Source of the DNA: Myxococcota bacterium
GTDB lineage: Bacteria > Myxococcota_A > Bradymonadia > UBA7976 > UBA1532
Direction: 5' to 3'
NCBI GenBank assembly: GCA_036337435.1
Contig: JAYZEG010000041.1
Coordinates: 1 to 64,000 of the forward strand
Length of the DNA stretch: 64,000 nt
The position numbers and the translations under genes were made by a program. Numbering within the stretch: position 1 is the stretch's first letter; each line of letters starts with the position of its first letter. Below are positions 1 to 8,993 of this stretch, piece after piece. The notes under the pieces are model-generated. The model saw only the letters and a program-made list of their open reading frames with translations. It was not told the origin of the DNA and made no database searches.

Positions 1-2
1 TG

Positions 3-362
3 CCATCAAATTGTCCCGATGGTGCTGACGAAGACCTCGAGCCGAATGACACACCTCAAGAAGCCAGTCGGATCGGTGCCGAGCGAATTCGAGGTGGTGT
101 GTGCGGACGACGCGGTGACTTCTATTTTATCGACGTGCAAGGCCCATGGCGCTTCGTACTTGAATTCAGCCATGCAACGGGTGACCTAGACGTGGTCTTA
201 TTCGAAAATGGCCAACCGATGGTCGGTCGGGATGGTGCCCCACTGGGTCCACAATCCAGTGACGATAATGAGGTATTCGAATGGGAGGGACCCCAGATGG
301 TCTACATCTACGGATACGACGGCGCGACAGCACCCTATCGATTAAGCATTACGGAGCTATAA
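3..362 (+). CDS. Partial (5'-truncated) secreted protein, C-terminal PPC-like (pre-peptidase C-terminal) beta-sandwich domain
   Basis: Frame is open from base 3: ..CPDGADEDLEPNDTPQEA..GGVCGRRGDFYFI..GDLDVVLF..SSDDNEVF..IYGYDGATAPYRLSI*. The EPND / C..D.Y / GDLD / Y.L.I pattern is typical of myxobacterial PPC-like domains. Confidence 0.75.
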   Translation, partial: PSNCPDGADEDLEPNDTPQEASRIGAERIRGGVCGRRGDFYFIDVQGPWRFVLEFSHATGDLDVVLFENGQPMVGRDGAPLGPQSSDDNEVFEWEGPQMVYIYGYDGATAPYRLSITEL

Positions 363-367
363 CGTCT

Positions 368-1873
368 ATGAGGCTTGGGCCAACTCGCGCTTCTTGTCGG
401 CGAGCGTTCCAGAGTTTGCTTCTACTGACCTCGATGAGTGTCATAGCCTACGGTCATGGGCCAGACCCTGAGGTCATCGCCTTATCCTCATCGCCCGGCC
501 CGGGTGCCAGCATTCATGCCTTGACGACCAACCAAGGGATCCTGGCCCATCTCAATTTCGAATATAAGTGGGTCTGCGAAGACGCCATTTATCCCTTTGC
601 GAGAACCAATGCACTCATCATTGACGTACAAGACCCATCCCGTTGGTTGGTTGCCACAAACCACGGTGTGCATTTGTCCAGTAATGGTGGCTGTGATTTC
701 TCCGCTGTCGAACACCCACTCGCTCAAATGCGGGCGATGGGTCTATGGCAGCGGCCAAGGGGGCAGAGAACGGTTGTTGCGGCCGAGGATGCTGAAGGTC
801 AATCGTCGCTGTTTTGGACTGATGATGTCGGCAGGACCTGGCACGCGTTCCCTGTCCATGTGTCCGGTCGAGTCATCTCTATCAGTTGGTTTGGGGCGGA
901 AACGGAGACCATGTTGGTCCACCATTCGGGCGGCTTATCGCTCCGTAATCTAGAGGGTGGACTCGTCAGAGAATTGGCAATCACAGACGCTCAGTTAGAG
1001 ATTCCCTTTGACTCGATTCGGCAAGTCGACATTTCGCCGGTGGATTCAGACGTGATGCTCGCCGTCATTCAAGTCGCCGAGCGGAGCCGGATTTTCAGGA
1101 CAGATGATGGTGGGCGTATTTGGCAGACCGTTGCTCTATTTGATGAGTCTGATGTCCAGATTATGTTCAACAGCTCCAATGGCAGGGCCATTGGTCTGGG
1201 ACGTCTCGGTGGCCGTTGGTCCAGCGACGACTTCGGTTTAACCTGGCGTGCTGATGAACCAGGAGAGCCCACCATCGGCTGTCTGTACAGGACAGACTCA
1301 TCGAATACGATCTATGCATGTGGCAATCCCTACGCTGGTGGACCTTGGGCACTGGGTCGTTCAACCGATTTTGGTCAAACTTGGACACCTGTTCTCCAAC
1401 AAATTGAGGACGCGAGTCATCGGAAAGATTGCGGCGAAGATGATCGTACATATCTCTGTTGTCGTGGGCGTTGTCCGGGTAACCAAATGAGCTGTGGTCA
1501 GCCTAATTTCGTCATGTGGCCAGAGGTTTGTTATGAGGGTGTGGACGTGCCCAGATTGGATGCGGGGCTGTCCAATTCGGAGCCAGATGTAGGGGCCGAT
1601 GTCGACGCGGCGATGCCAATGGACGGCGTTGATGGTGGCGAGATAAGTTATGACGATGGTGGCCTAAGACCACCTGCTGCTGCGGATGCAACCCCGAACC
1701 AAGAGACCGCGCCTGCGTCGACAGCGGGCAAGGGCAGTGGGTGTAGCCAAGGGGCTAGTGATGACAATCGGTGGCCTTGTCGTTCGATATACTTGCTCGT
1801 CTTCTTGCTTGTGTGTAAACCCATACACACTCCAAGGCGACCTGGCTGTTTTGTATCTCGGTCCCGAATCTGA
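368..1873 (+). CDS. Secreted BNR/Asp-box beta-propeller protein with degenerate MYXO-CTERM-like tail
   Basis: ATG at 368 just after the upstream stop; signal-peptide-like N-terminus. Five Asp-box motifs (SSNGGCDF, TDDVGRTW, TDDGGRIW, SDDFGLTW, STDFGQTW), an acidic linker, then GSGCSQG..hydrophobic stretch..basic residues. Confidence 0.7.
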   Translation: MRLGPTRASCRRAFQSLLLLTSMSVIAYGHGPDPEVIALSSSPGPGASIHALTTNQGILAHLNFEYKWVCEDAIYPFARTNALIIDVQDPSRWLVATNHGVHLSSNGGCDFSAVEHPLAQMRAMGLWQRPRGQRTVVAAEDAEGQSSLFWTDDVGRTWHAFPVHVSGRVISISWFGAETETMLVHHSGGLSLRNLEGGLVRELAITDAQLEIPFDSIRQVDISPVDSDVMLAVIQVAERSRIFRTDDGGRIWQTVALFDESDVQIMFNSSNGRAIGLGRLGGRWSSDDFGLTWRADEPGEPTIGCLYRTDSSNTIYACGNPYAGGPWALGRSTDFGQTWTPVLQQIEDASHRKDCGEDDRTYLCCRGRCPGNQMSCGQPNFVMWPEVCYEGVDVPRLDAGLSNSEPDVGADVDAAMPMDGVDGGEISYDDGGLRPPAAADATPNQETAPASTAGKGSGCSQGASDDNRWPCRSIYLLVFLLVCKPIHTPRRPGCFVSRSRI

Positions 1874-1888
1874 TCCAAGAGTTGATTT

Positions 1889-2569
1889 TTGTCCATCGAG
1901 ACTGAAACAAGCGGAAAAGGACCCAAGCCAAAAGGGCGGGGGATCTCCCATTTACTCGCAGCCGTGCTTGCCATTCCCGCTGCCATTTTTCTGATTCGGC
2001 ATGCTGTAACAGATGACGGCTCCTTCGCTGCCTCAATTTACGGTCCATGTCTCATCTCACTTTTCGCCGTCAGTGCTGTCTACCATGTTCCCATGTGGCG
2101 CCCACAGCCCCGCGCTCTACTGCGTCGGCTCGACCGTTCGATGATCTACATTTTCATTGCCGGCACGTACACACCCGTATGCATTGGTTTGGGGGAGTCC
2201 ATCTGGGCAGGCCTTCTGCCGACGGTTTGGGCAGCAGCTGGAGTCGGAATTGCGTTCACTCTACTTGGGCAGAATTGGCCGCGCTATGTCACGGCGACAC
2301 CCTATGTGGTGCTCGGTTGGGGAGCGGTGATGGTGCTACCCGCACTTTGGACGCATTACGGGCCGGCTGTATTCTGGCTCATGTGTGCTGGCGGCATTCC
2401 CTATACGGTGGGGGCGATGGTCTATGCGAAGCGCTGGCCTAACCCGTACCCACGCTATTTTGGCTATCACGAAATCTTCCATTTCCTCGTCATCGTGGCA
2501 GCCGTCTTGCATTATATGGTGGTGTATGTCGTGCTCACTCAGCCTGTCTCATTTGACGCGACCGTCTGA
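1889..2569 (+). CDS. Hemolysin III / PAQR family membrane protein (TrhA-like)
   Basis: KPKGRGISH, SAVYH, RRLDRSMIYIFIAGTYTP and GYHEIFHFLVIVAAVLHY motifs; about 7 hydrophobic segments; TTG start. Confidence 0.9.
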   Translation: MSIETETSGKGPKPKGRGISHLLAAVLAIPAAIFLIRHAVTDDGSFAASIYGPCLISLFAVSAVYHVPMWRPQPRALLRRLDRSMIYIFIAGTYTPVCIGLGESIWAGLLPTVWAAAGVGIAFTLLGQNWPRYVTATPYVVLGWGAVMVLPALWTHYGPAVFWLMCAGGIPYTVGAMVYAKRWPNPYPRYFGYHEIFHFLVIVAAVLHYMVVYVVLTQPVSFDATV

Positions 2570-2609
2570 CTGATTAGGTCACGCTGCTTCAAATGTAGGC
2601 GTCTTTCGC

Positions 2610-3731
2610 CTAGTAAGCTTCGGTCCCAGGCGGCATTAGAGTGTCGCCACCCGCTCCACCGGGCTTTGGCGCAGCTTGCTTTGCGCCACCCGAGCTCTCC
2701 CCAAAGCTCATGGCGTCCGCTCGTCCATCCTTCATAATGGGTTCATCCAACGGCTGGGTTTTTTGCGACTTTGCTCGTTGTGCATCGGTGCCCGGTTTTC
2801 CACCATGGCTCCAAAAGCCGTCAGGCGTTTTCTGGCCCTCCGCATGGGCATGGGCAGGCGGGATATTTCGAGCATGTTCTCGGTCAGAATGCACCCTTTG
2901 CATCGATGTATCAACGGCAGCTGTTCCTGGCGGCATCAATGAATCTTGAGGTTTTGAATGGCCTTCAGGCCTCGGTTTAACCGGCTCGCTCGGTCCGCGC
3001 ACTTCATCTCTTGTCGTCCGCCTGCGGTCATTCAATTTTCGTGGGTCACGGACGTCAGCTAGAGACCGCTGTCCTGCATAGGGCCGGCCGCGATCGTTGG
3101 TACAACGCCCGTTCTTAAGGCTGCAGTATCCACCGAGGCACACGTCGGATACATCACAGCTTACACACTTTGCTATGCTGCCTCTGAGCTGCACGCCGCA
3201 CAGACCGTCATTGAGACAGGCCTCTGTCTCCTCACAGCTTACGCATCGTTTGAGGGGTTCTGATAACATGCAAAGACGGTTGGATGCAGAGAGCTGAGCA
3301 TCTCCACATGCAGCGGAGTCGATGCAATCCTGATCATTTTGGGCAACACATGCCAGGTCAGAGACGCTGCATTGCCCGAGAATCCGGCACCCCTTACTGG
3401 CCTTACAATCTGCATCGGTCTTTGGTGCGCATCGACCATCAATTGCATGGCAAAACCCAACGGACCCATTGCACAGCTCTGATCGTTCGCAATCCGTATT
3501 GGAAGCGACGACACATTTGCCTGCTTTGGTTGTACACTTCCCTTCTCGCTCGCAGGCATTTTGGGTCGCGCATGGATCCAGGCAGCTTGAGTGATAACAT
3601 GTTAAGCCGGCGGCACAATCCTGGTTGGTTGAACACACTTTGGGCGTCCGCTTTTGGCAGCCGTAAAGACCAGCGGCGACGATGAATAATAGGCAACAAT
3701 GTTCAAGCCTCATTTGCTTTAAAGTCTCCAC
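2610..3731 (-). CDS. Cys-rich repeat lipoprotein with disordered C-terminal half
   Basis: Lipobox GLYGC; repeats of type CxxSxxCxxxGxCxxxxGxCxAxxDxD; low-complexity P/G/A/K tail. Start may instead be ATG 3713. Confidence 0.7.
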   Translation of the reverse strand: METLKQMRLEHCCLLFIVAAGLYGCQKRTPKVCSTNQDCAAGLTCYHSSCLDPCATQNACEREGKCTTKAGKCVVASNTDCERSELCNGSVGFCHAIDGRCAPKTDADCKASKGCRILGQCSVSDLACVAQNDQDCIDSAACGDAQLSASNRLCMLSEPLKRCVSCEETEACLNDGLCGVQLRGSIAKCVSCDVSDVCLGGYCSLKNGRCTNDRGRPYAGQRSLADVRDPRKLNDRRRTTRDEVRGPSEPVKPRPEGHSKPQDSLMPPGTAAVDTSMQRVHSDREHARNIPPAHAHAEGQKTPDGFWSHGGKPGTDAQRAKSQKTQPLDEPIMKDGRADAMSFGESSGGAKQAAPKPGGAGGDTLMPPGTEAY

Positions 3732-3739
3732 TCTCTGCC

Positions 3740-6700
3740 TTAGTCCACCGAGATGGTCAGGGTGAACGCTCCGTCTTCAAGCGCACCGGTTGAATCGATG
3801 ATAATCGCATGTTGCCCGGCTTCAAGCTCTCTCGTGATGTTGGCGTCATCAACGGGGCTGCAGTTCTCCTGGCCAAAGCACCCACCATCGAGCAATTTGA
3901 TCACGGGGTTAAATTCTGCCCCTTGTACAGATGCTGTGACTTGCGCTCGCTCGGCAAGGCCAAACAAGAATACGCGGTCTTTTCCGCCAGGGCCGGCCCC
4001 ATTGTCACAGCTTGCTGCGTTGGATGAATCTGTCGCGGTCGCCGTGGTGTCCTGTAACTGAATCTGTGTCCCGCGGGGGATAATCTCGCCCTCTTCGGCA
4101 GGCTCACACGTGTCGTCTAATCGGGGCCCGGCGTTATCATCGGGGTTGACCTGGAGTGTCAACTCCACATCGCCATCGCTCTCGACGATGACGAAATGGA
4201 CACCAGCGTCGAGGTCGGCTTCTAGAGTTGGTTGTGCACCTGCTTGACAGCTCAACTCACTGTTGGCGTCGTCACAATTTGTCCGCAATGACAAAGCAAC
4301 AGGGTTAGCTGCGCTGGTCGTGACCCTGACCCGTGATGCCTCTGCCAGCTCAAATCGATGGAGTGCTTGCTGATTGCCAACACCCAGACAGTTTCCACCG
4401 TACGGCGGTGGTGTGAGATTGAGTGGGCTTTCAACATTTTGTCCGTCAGCAATTGGGATTGCATCTGCACACGCTTGAGCTCGTTCGGCTAACGCGACGT
4501 CAACTCCACCCGCGTATTGCCCTTCGATCACGACGTAATAGGTGCCGGGGTCCACATCATGCTCCATGAACCCGTCATTCGATGGACAGGCGATAGCGGC
4601 CTGCGAGCAATCTTGATAGAGCACGGGTTGTGCCGCAGCGGCTGGCTCAGTCATGGTCACTCTGAGAGTCGACGGGTCAGCGACATCGATGCGATACGCT
4701 TGTTCGGGGGTATCACCGAGACCGCAAGCGCCGACAAATAGATTGTCAGCACCGCCACCCACATTGACATTGCTGAAACCGGTTGGCAAAACTGGGGCCT
4801 GCTGACACGCTTCCGCGGGTGTTTCGATCACCGGCGCGCCTGGTGGAGGATCGAGTTCGACCAAGAGATCGCCTTCGTTAACTCCATCGATGATAATGAA
4901 ATATTCACCAGCGGGAACTCGGTGACTCAGCGCACCGTCCTCGTCTCCACATGCGACCACCTCGCCTTCGCAATCGCGATAGAGCAGGAGACTCGTGCCA
5001 GGTTGGGGTTGCTCGAGGCGCGCATTGATGGTTGCTCGGCGGTCCAAGTTGATTCTGAATGCGCGGTCTATACTGCCTGGGGCTGCACAGTTAGGACTGA
5101 AATTGTCGGAGCGGCCGATGCTTTCCGCGGGTGACGGCACACCATGTTCCAGCTCAGGTGCTCGCTCGCACGCTTCTGCGGGCGTCGCACCGCCACCCTC
5201 GCCGGGAGGCGGATCTAAAATAAGGTCTATCTCCCCATCATTGGGTCCGTCGATGACGACATAGTAATCGCCTGGGTCTAAGTCCTGACGTAAGTTCGGT
5301 CCACCTTCACCACAATTGATTGGGTTTTGGTTACAGGCACCGTAGACCATGATGGCCGTGGTCGGGTTGGGGATCGACAGTCGTCCAATGAGTGTTGTCG
5401 GCTCATCAATACTGATTTGATAAACCCGGTCAGGATTACTGCCACCTCTACAATCAGGGTTGAATGAATCAAAGTCGTCTTCGAGGACATCCCCATTGAT
5501 GGGGCCACCGGCCAGATCATAAACTGGTGCCGCTCCGCAGGCATCTAATGGTGATGGAGGTCCAGGTTGGCCACCCGGCTCGATTGTCAGTTGCGCTGAC
5601 ACAGGGGCGTTGCCGTTGATGACAGCATAGTATTCGCCGGCGGGCATGAAACGTGTCCGCGTATTTCCATTATTGGCTTGGCACCTCAACTCGCCTGCGG
5701 CGTCACTGCAGACCGTCCGAATACTTGCGATGGCATTTTGGTCAGCACTATCGATGGCAAGACTGACCATGGAGTCTTGTTCCACTGAGAACCGATAGAT
5801 GGCTTGACCAGCGGCTTCATTGAGACAGCCACCACCGACGTCCGGATTACGCTGATTGAGTTCCACCTCTACGGGGTCGCCAGCAGCAAGTTGCGGTGCG
5901 GCCTGACAGACGGGGTTTTCGCCATCGAAAGTCAGGCTAATGTCACCACGGTAATTTCCGTCTACAATCAGGTAGTGTCGGCCAGCACCAACCGCGGCCG
6001 TCACTCGTCCGAAGTTGTCTCCACAGGCGATTGGCTCTTGTGTACAGTCGTTCATAACCCTTAACCGAGCATCGGGATCGAGGTTTTCTAAGCGGGCTGT
6101 TACCGTACCCGCTCCCGGTGGGTCAAAAGCGAATACAGCATCGGTCCCGTCTTGGAGATGGCAGTCTGCCGAGAATGTGTTGATCGGTCTGTCAGAAGAC
6201 CCATTAAATGTCGAATTCAATGGGACCACTGGGGCTCTTGCACAACGCGCTTCAGGCCGGTCATCCGGAGCGATACTCAAGGTATATGCACCCTCACCGT
6301 CGATTCGAATGATGCCTGGTCCGAAGGCTGTTTGAGGGAGTGGTTCACCGTTGAATGTGCCAAACACATTGCCCTGAACGCTGATTTCAACGGTGCCATC
6401 GTTGCCGCGATACTGAAAGTGATCGACGTCGTTATCACAGAGATTGGCATTGATTTCGCCCGCATCGATTTCCCTGGCATTGCTCGGGATGTCATTTCGC
6501 CACGGCCTTTCGAACTGATCATCCAGACAGCTGATGTTGCCCTCGGTGGTAATGCTGTAGACGCCGCTGCCGCCTTCGAGAGCGGTGACACGGATATAAT
6601 AAATTCCGGAACCAACATTGACCCAGTTTTCGTTGCCGATAGCCTCGCCGATATCCGTTGCATCTCGACCCAACTGCTCACGGGAGTAGGCGCGGATATC

Positions 6701-8914
6701 GAGTGCTGTTGTGGATGAGTCGAAACGGACGGTAACCCGAGCACCAACGTTGTCGTTGACTCGGTACCAATCGGCTCGTCCTTCGCAGGCCATGAGTTCG
6801 GGAACAGTGCCGTAAATTAAGTTGGTGGCAAATCCGAAGTCACCATTGTTCAATGTGTCTTCGTCGCAATGGTCTCTTGGCAGTGTACAAATGCCGCCGT
6901 TGCATTGATGTCCATCGAGGCAATCGTCCGCAACATCACATTGGTCTGGATTAACACAACGCGCACCATCGCAGACACCACGTTCACAATCTGCATCCGC
7001 CGTACAGTCGACACAGCGACCATCTTGAGCGCAGCGTAAGCCTTGTGGACACCCTTGTTCGCCCGCGTTGCCCTGTGCTTGTGCGCAGGGGGCTGGCTGG
7101 ACGCAATGGCCGTCCTCACACACCCAGTCCTCGGGGCAGTCACATTCACCGGGCCGGTCAGCCAGGCATGTAAACCCAACGCAGAAAAGGTCGCCACCGC
7201 AGTCTACATCCTGGCGACAATCGACCGTATAGCAGTGTGCGAAAAGACATTCTTGACCGTCGATGCATTGGTCTCCTGGTTCGCAGTAGCGCGGTTCCCG
7301 GCAAAGGCCATCAGGGCCACATTCCAAATTAGCAGGACATTGGACATCGACCATACATGGCTCCGTGCAGCGTTCAGCTTGGACGTCACACAGGCGGTCA
7401 TCATCGCAATCTCGGTCCCCTGCGCAGGTGGGGCCCTCAACACAGAGATTTGTTTGATCGCAAACTCGAGTTCCCAAGCATCCGCCATCGACGCATTCAT
7501 TACGGCAACTGCCATCGACGCATCGGCGCCCGACAAAGCAATCGAAAGCACCACGACAGAAGTCAGGTTCTTCACATCGGCCATTGACGCAGCTCATTCC
7601 ACCCGGACAATCTGCTGGCTCTAGGCACGGGTCGGTACACGCATTGGCTTCACATACTCGGCCTTCGAAACAACCGTCATTGCCATCACAGGGCGTCGCC
7701 TCCACACATTCACCCGTTTCTCTCTGGCAGAGCAACGCACCCTCACAAGGAACTCGCTCGCAATTATCCTGACATTGACCTTCGACACAGACTCGTCCTG
7801 GATTACAGTCAAAGGCTCCATTACAGAAGTCTGGTTCCGTACATTGACCGTCGACACAATCTTGCGCACCCGGACAATCAGCAGGCTCCAAGCATGGGTC
7901 ATTACACGCACCATCGGTACAAATCCGATTGGCAAAGCAGCCGTCTGCATCGGCACACGGGTCCGCTTCTTGGCATTGACCGGTGATGCGATCGCAGGTC
8001 AGGCCGCCGATGCAGGGGACGACACTGCATGGATCCTGGCAAGCGGCCATACCGGCTTGTCCGACGCACACTCGGTCACCCAGGCAATCGGTGTTGTCTG
8101 AACAAATGTTAGGCTCCGTGCAGATGCCATCAGTACACCGTTGTGCACCTGCACATTGAGCACTTTCAATACACGGTTCCACGCACGCTCGTTCGACGCA
8201 TCGACGACCTCCATTACAGTCTTGGTCCGCCACACAGTTGGCCGGCTCGAGACACCGCCCACTGTTGAGTTCACAGACCTGTAGACCAGGACAACTGTCA
8301 TCCATTCGACAGCGCGGGCTACATTGGCCATCAACACAAATATTGCCGCCGCATTGGTCGTCGCTCATGCACGGACCCGAGTCTGTACAGGTCTGCGTGA
8401 TCAAATCGCAGGTCTCACCGTCGGGGCAGTTATTGTTGTCTAGACATGCGTCCCGACACATTCCATTTTCGCAGAGTCGCGCCCCAAGACAATCGCGATG
8501 TGCTTCGCAAATATCCGGCTCGAGGCAGGTTCCGCGGTCACAAATCTGATTCCCAACGCAGTTACAGGCCGCATCTGCAGTTCCTGTGTCGGGCTCGATC
8601 CACATGTCTTCTTCTTGAGCCATATCCAGGGGTAATTGTGCGTCTACGCTGGCATCTCGGACTGATGTGTCGCGGAGACTGGCGTCCTGTGCCGCGTCTA
8701 TCGACGGAGTACTGTCCATCACAGTCGAGGCGTCGCTGGATACGCCACCGTCGACCATGCCGGTGCTCGTATCCATCTGACCCGTCAGTCCGCCAGACCC
8801 ATCATCTGAGGCGCACCCCGATAACCCGAGGGCCGCGGACAGGGTAAGTAAAACCAGGTGTTTGAATAGATTTCTCATACTGAGATTTAAGCGAGACTGC
8901 TTGTAACTGCGCAC
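3740..8914 (-). CDS. Giant Cys-rich lipoprotein (1724 aa): Cys-rich repeat stalk, two PPC-like domains, seven tandem beta-sandwich repeats
   Basis: GGAGG 5 nt upstream of GTG 8914; lipobox LGLSGC; D/S/T linker; many CxxDxDCxxGxxCxxGxC units; seven ~115-aa repeats starting xCxxAP and ending G.YYVVIDG. Confidence 0.85.
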   Translation of the reverse strand: MRSYKQSRLNLSMRNLFKHLVLLTLSAALGLSGCASDDGSGGLTGQMDTSTGMVDGGVSSDASTVMDSTPSIDAAQDASLRDTSVRDASVDAQLPLDMAQEEDMWIEPDTGTADAACNCVGNQICDRGTCLEPDICEAHRDCLGARLCENGMCRDACLDNNNCPDGETCDLITQTCTDSGPCMSDDQCGGNICVDGQCSPRCRMDDSCPGLQVCELNSGRCLEPANCVADQDCNGGRRCVERACVEPCIESAQCAGAQRCTDGICTEPNICSDNTDCLGDRVCVGQAGMAACQDPCSVVPCIGGLTCDRITGQCQEADPCADADGCFANRICTDGACNDPCLEPADCPGAQDCVDGQCTEPDFCNGAFDCNPGRVCVEGQCQDNCERVPCEGALLCQRETGECVEATPCDGNDGCFEGRVCEANACTDPCLEPADCPGGMSCVNGRCEEPDFCRGAFDCFVGRRCVDGSCRNECVDGGCLGTRVCDQTNLCVEGPTCAGDRDCDDDRLCDVQAERCTEPCMVDVQCPANLECGPDGLCREPRYCEPGDQCIDGQECLFAHCYTVDCRQDVDCGGDLFCVGFTCLADRPGECDCPEDWVCEDGHCVQPAPCAQAQGNAGEQGCPQGLRCAQDGRCVDCTADADCERGVCDGARCVNPDQCDVADDCLDGHQCNGGICTLPRDHCDEDTLNNGDFGFATNLIYGTVPELMACEGRADWYRVNDNVGARVTVRFDSSTTALDIRAYSREQLGRDATDIGEAIGNENWVNVGSGIYYIRVTALEGGSGVYSITTEGNISCLDDQFERPWRNDIPSNAREIDAGEINANLCDNDVDHFQYRGNDGTVEISVQGNVFGTFNGEPLPQTAFGPGIIRIDGEGAYTLSIAPDDRPEARCARAPVVPLNSTFNGSSDRPINTFSADCHLQDGTDAVFAFDPPGAGTVTARLENLDPDARLRVMNDCTQEPIACGDNFGRVTAAVGAGRHYLIVDGNYRGDISLTFDGENPVCQAAPQLAAGDPVEVELNQRNPDVGGGCLNEAAGQAIYRFSVEQDSMVSLAIDSADQNAIASIRTVCSDAAGELRCQANNGNTRTRFMPAGEYYAVINGNAPVSAQLTIEPGGQPGPPSPLDACGAAPVYDLAGGPINGDVLEDDFDSFNPDCRGGSNPDRVYQISIDEPTTLIGRLSIPNPTTAIMVYGACNQNPINCGEGGPNLRQDLDPGDYYVVIDGPNDGEIDLILDPPPGEGGGATPAEACERAPELEHGVPSPAESIGRSDNFSPNCAAPGSIDRAFRINLDRRATINARLEQPQPGTSLLLYRDCEGEVVACGDEDGALSHRVPAGEYFIIIDGVNEGDLLVELDPPPGAPVIETPAEACQQAPVLPTGFSNVNVGGGADNLFVGACGLGDTPEQAYRIDVADPSTLRVTMTEPAAAAQPVLYQDCSQAAIACPSNDGFMEHDVDPGTYYVVIEGQYAGGVDVALAERAQACADAIPIADGQNVESPLNLTPPPYGGNCLGVGNQQALHRFELAEASRVRVTTSAANPVALSLRTNCDDANSELSCQAGAQPTLEADLDAGVHFVIVESDGDVELTLQVNPDDNAGPRLDDTCEPAEEGEIIPRGTQIQLQDTTATATDSSNAASCDNGAGPGGKDRVFLFGLAERAQVTASVQGAEFNPVIKLLDGGCFGQENCSPVDDANITRELEAGQHAIIIDSTGALEDGAFTLTISVD

Positions 8915-8993
8915 CTTACCCTCCAGGGATACGACTGAGTGTCGTCTTTCAATGAATGCCTCAGGATTTAGAGACTGAATGTAATCAAAGTAT

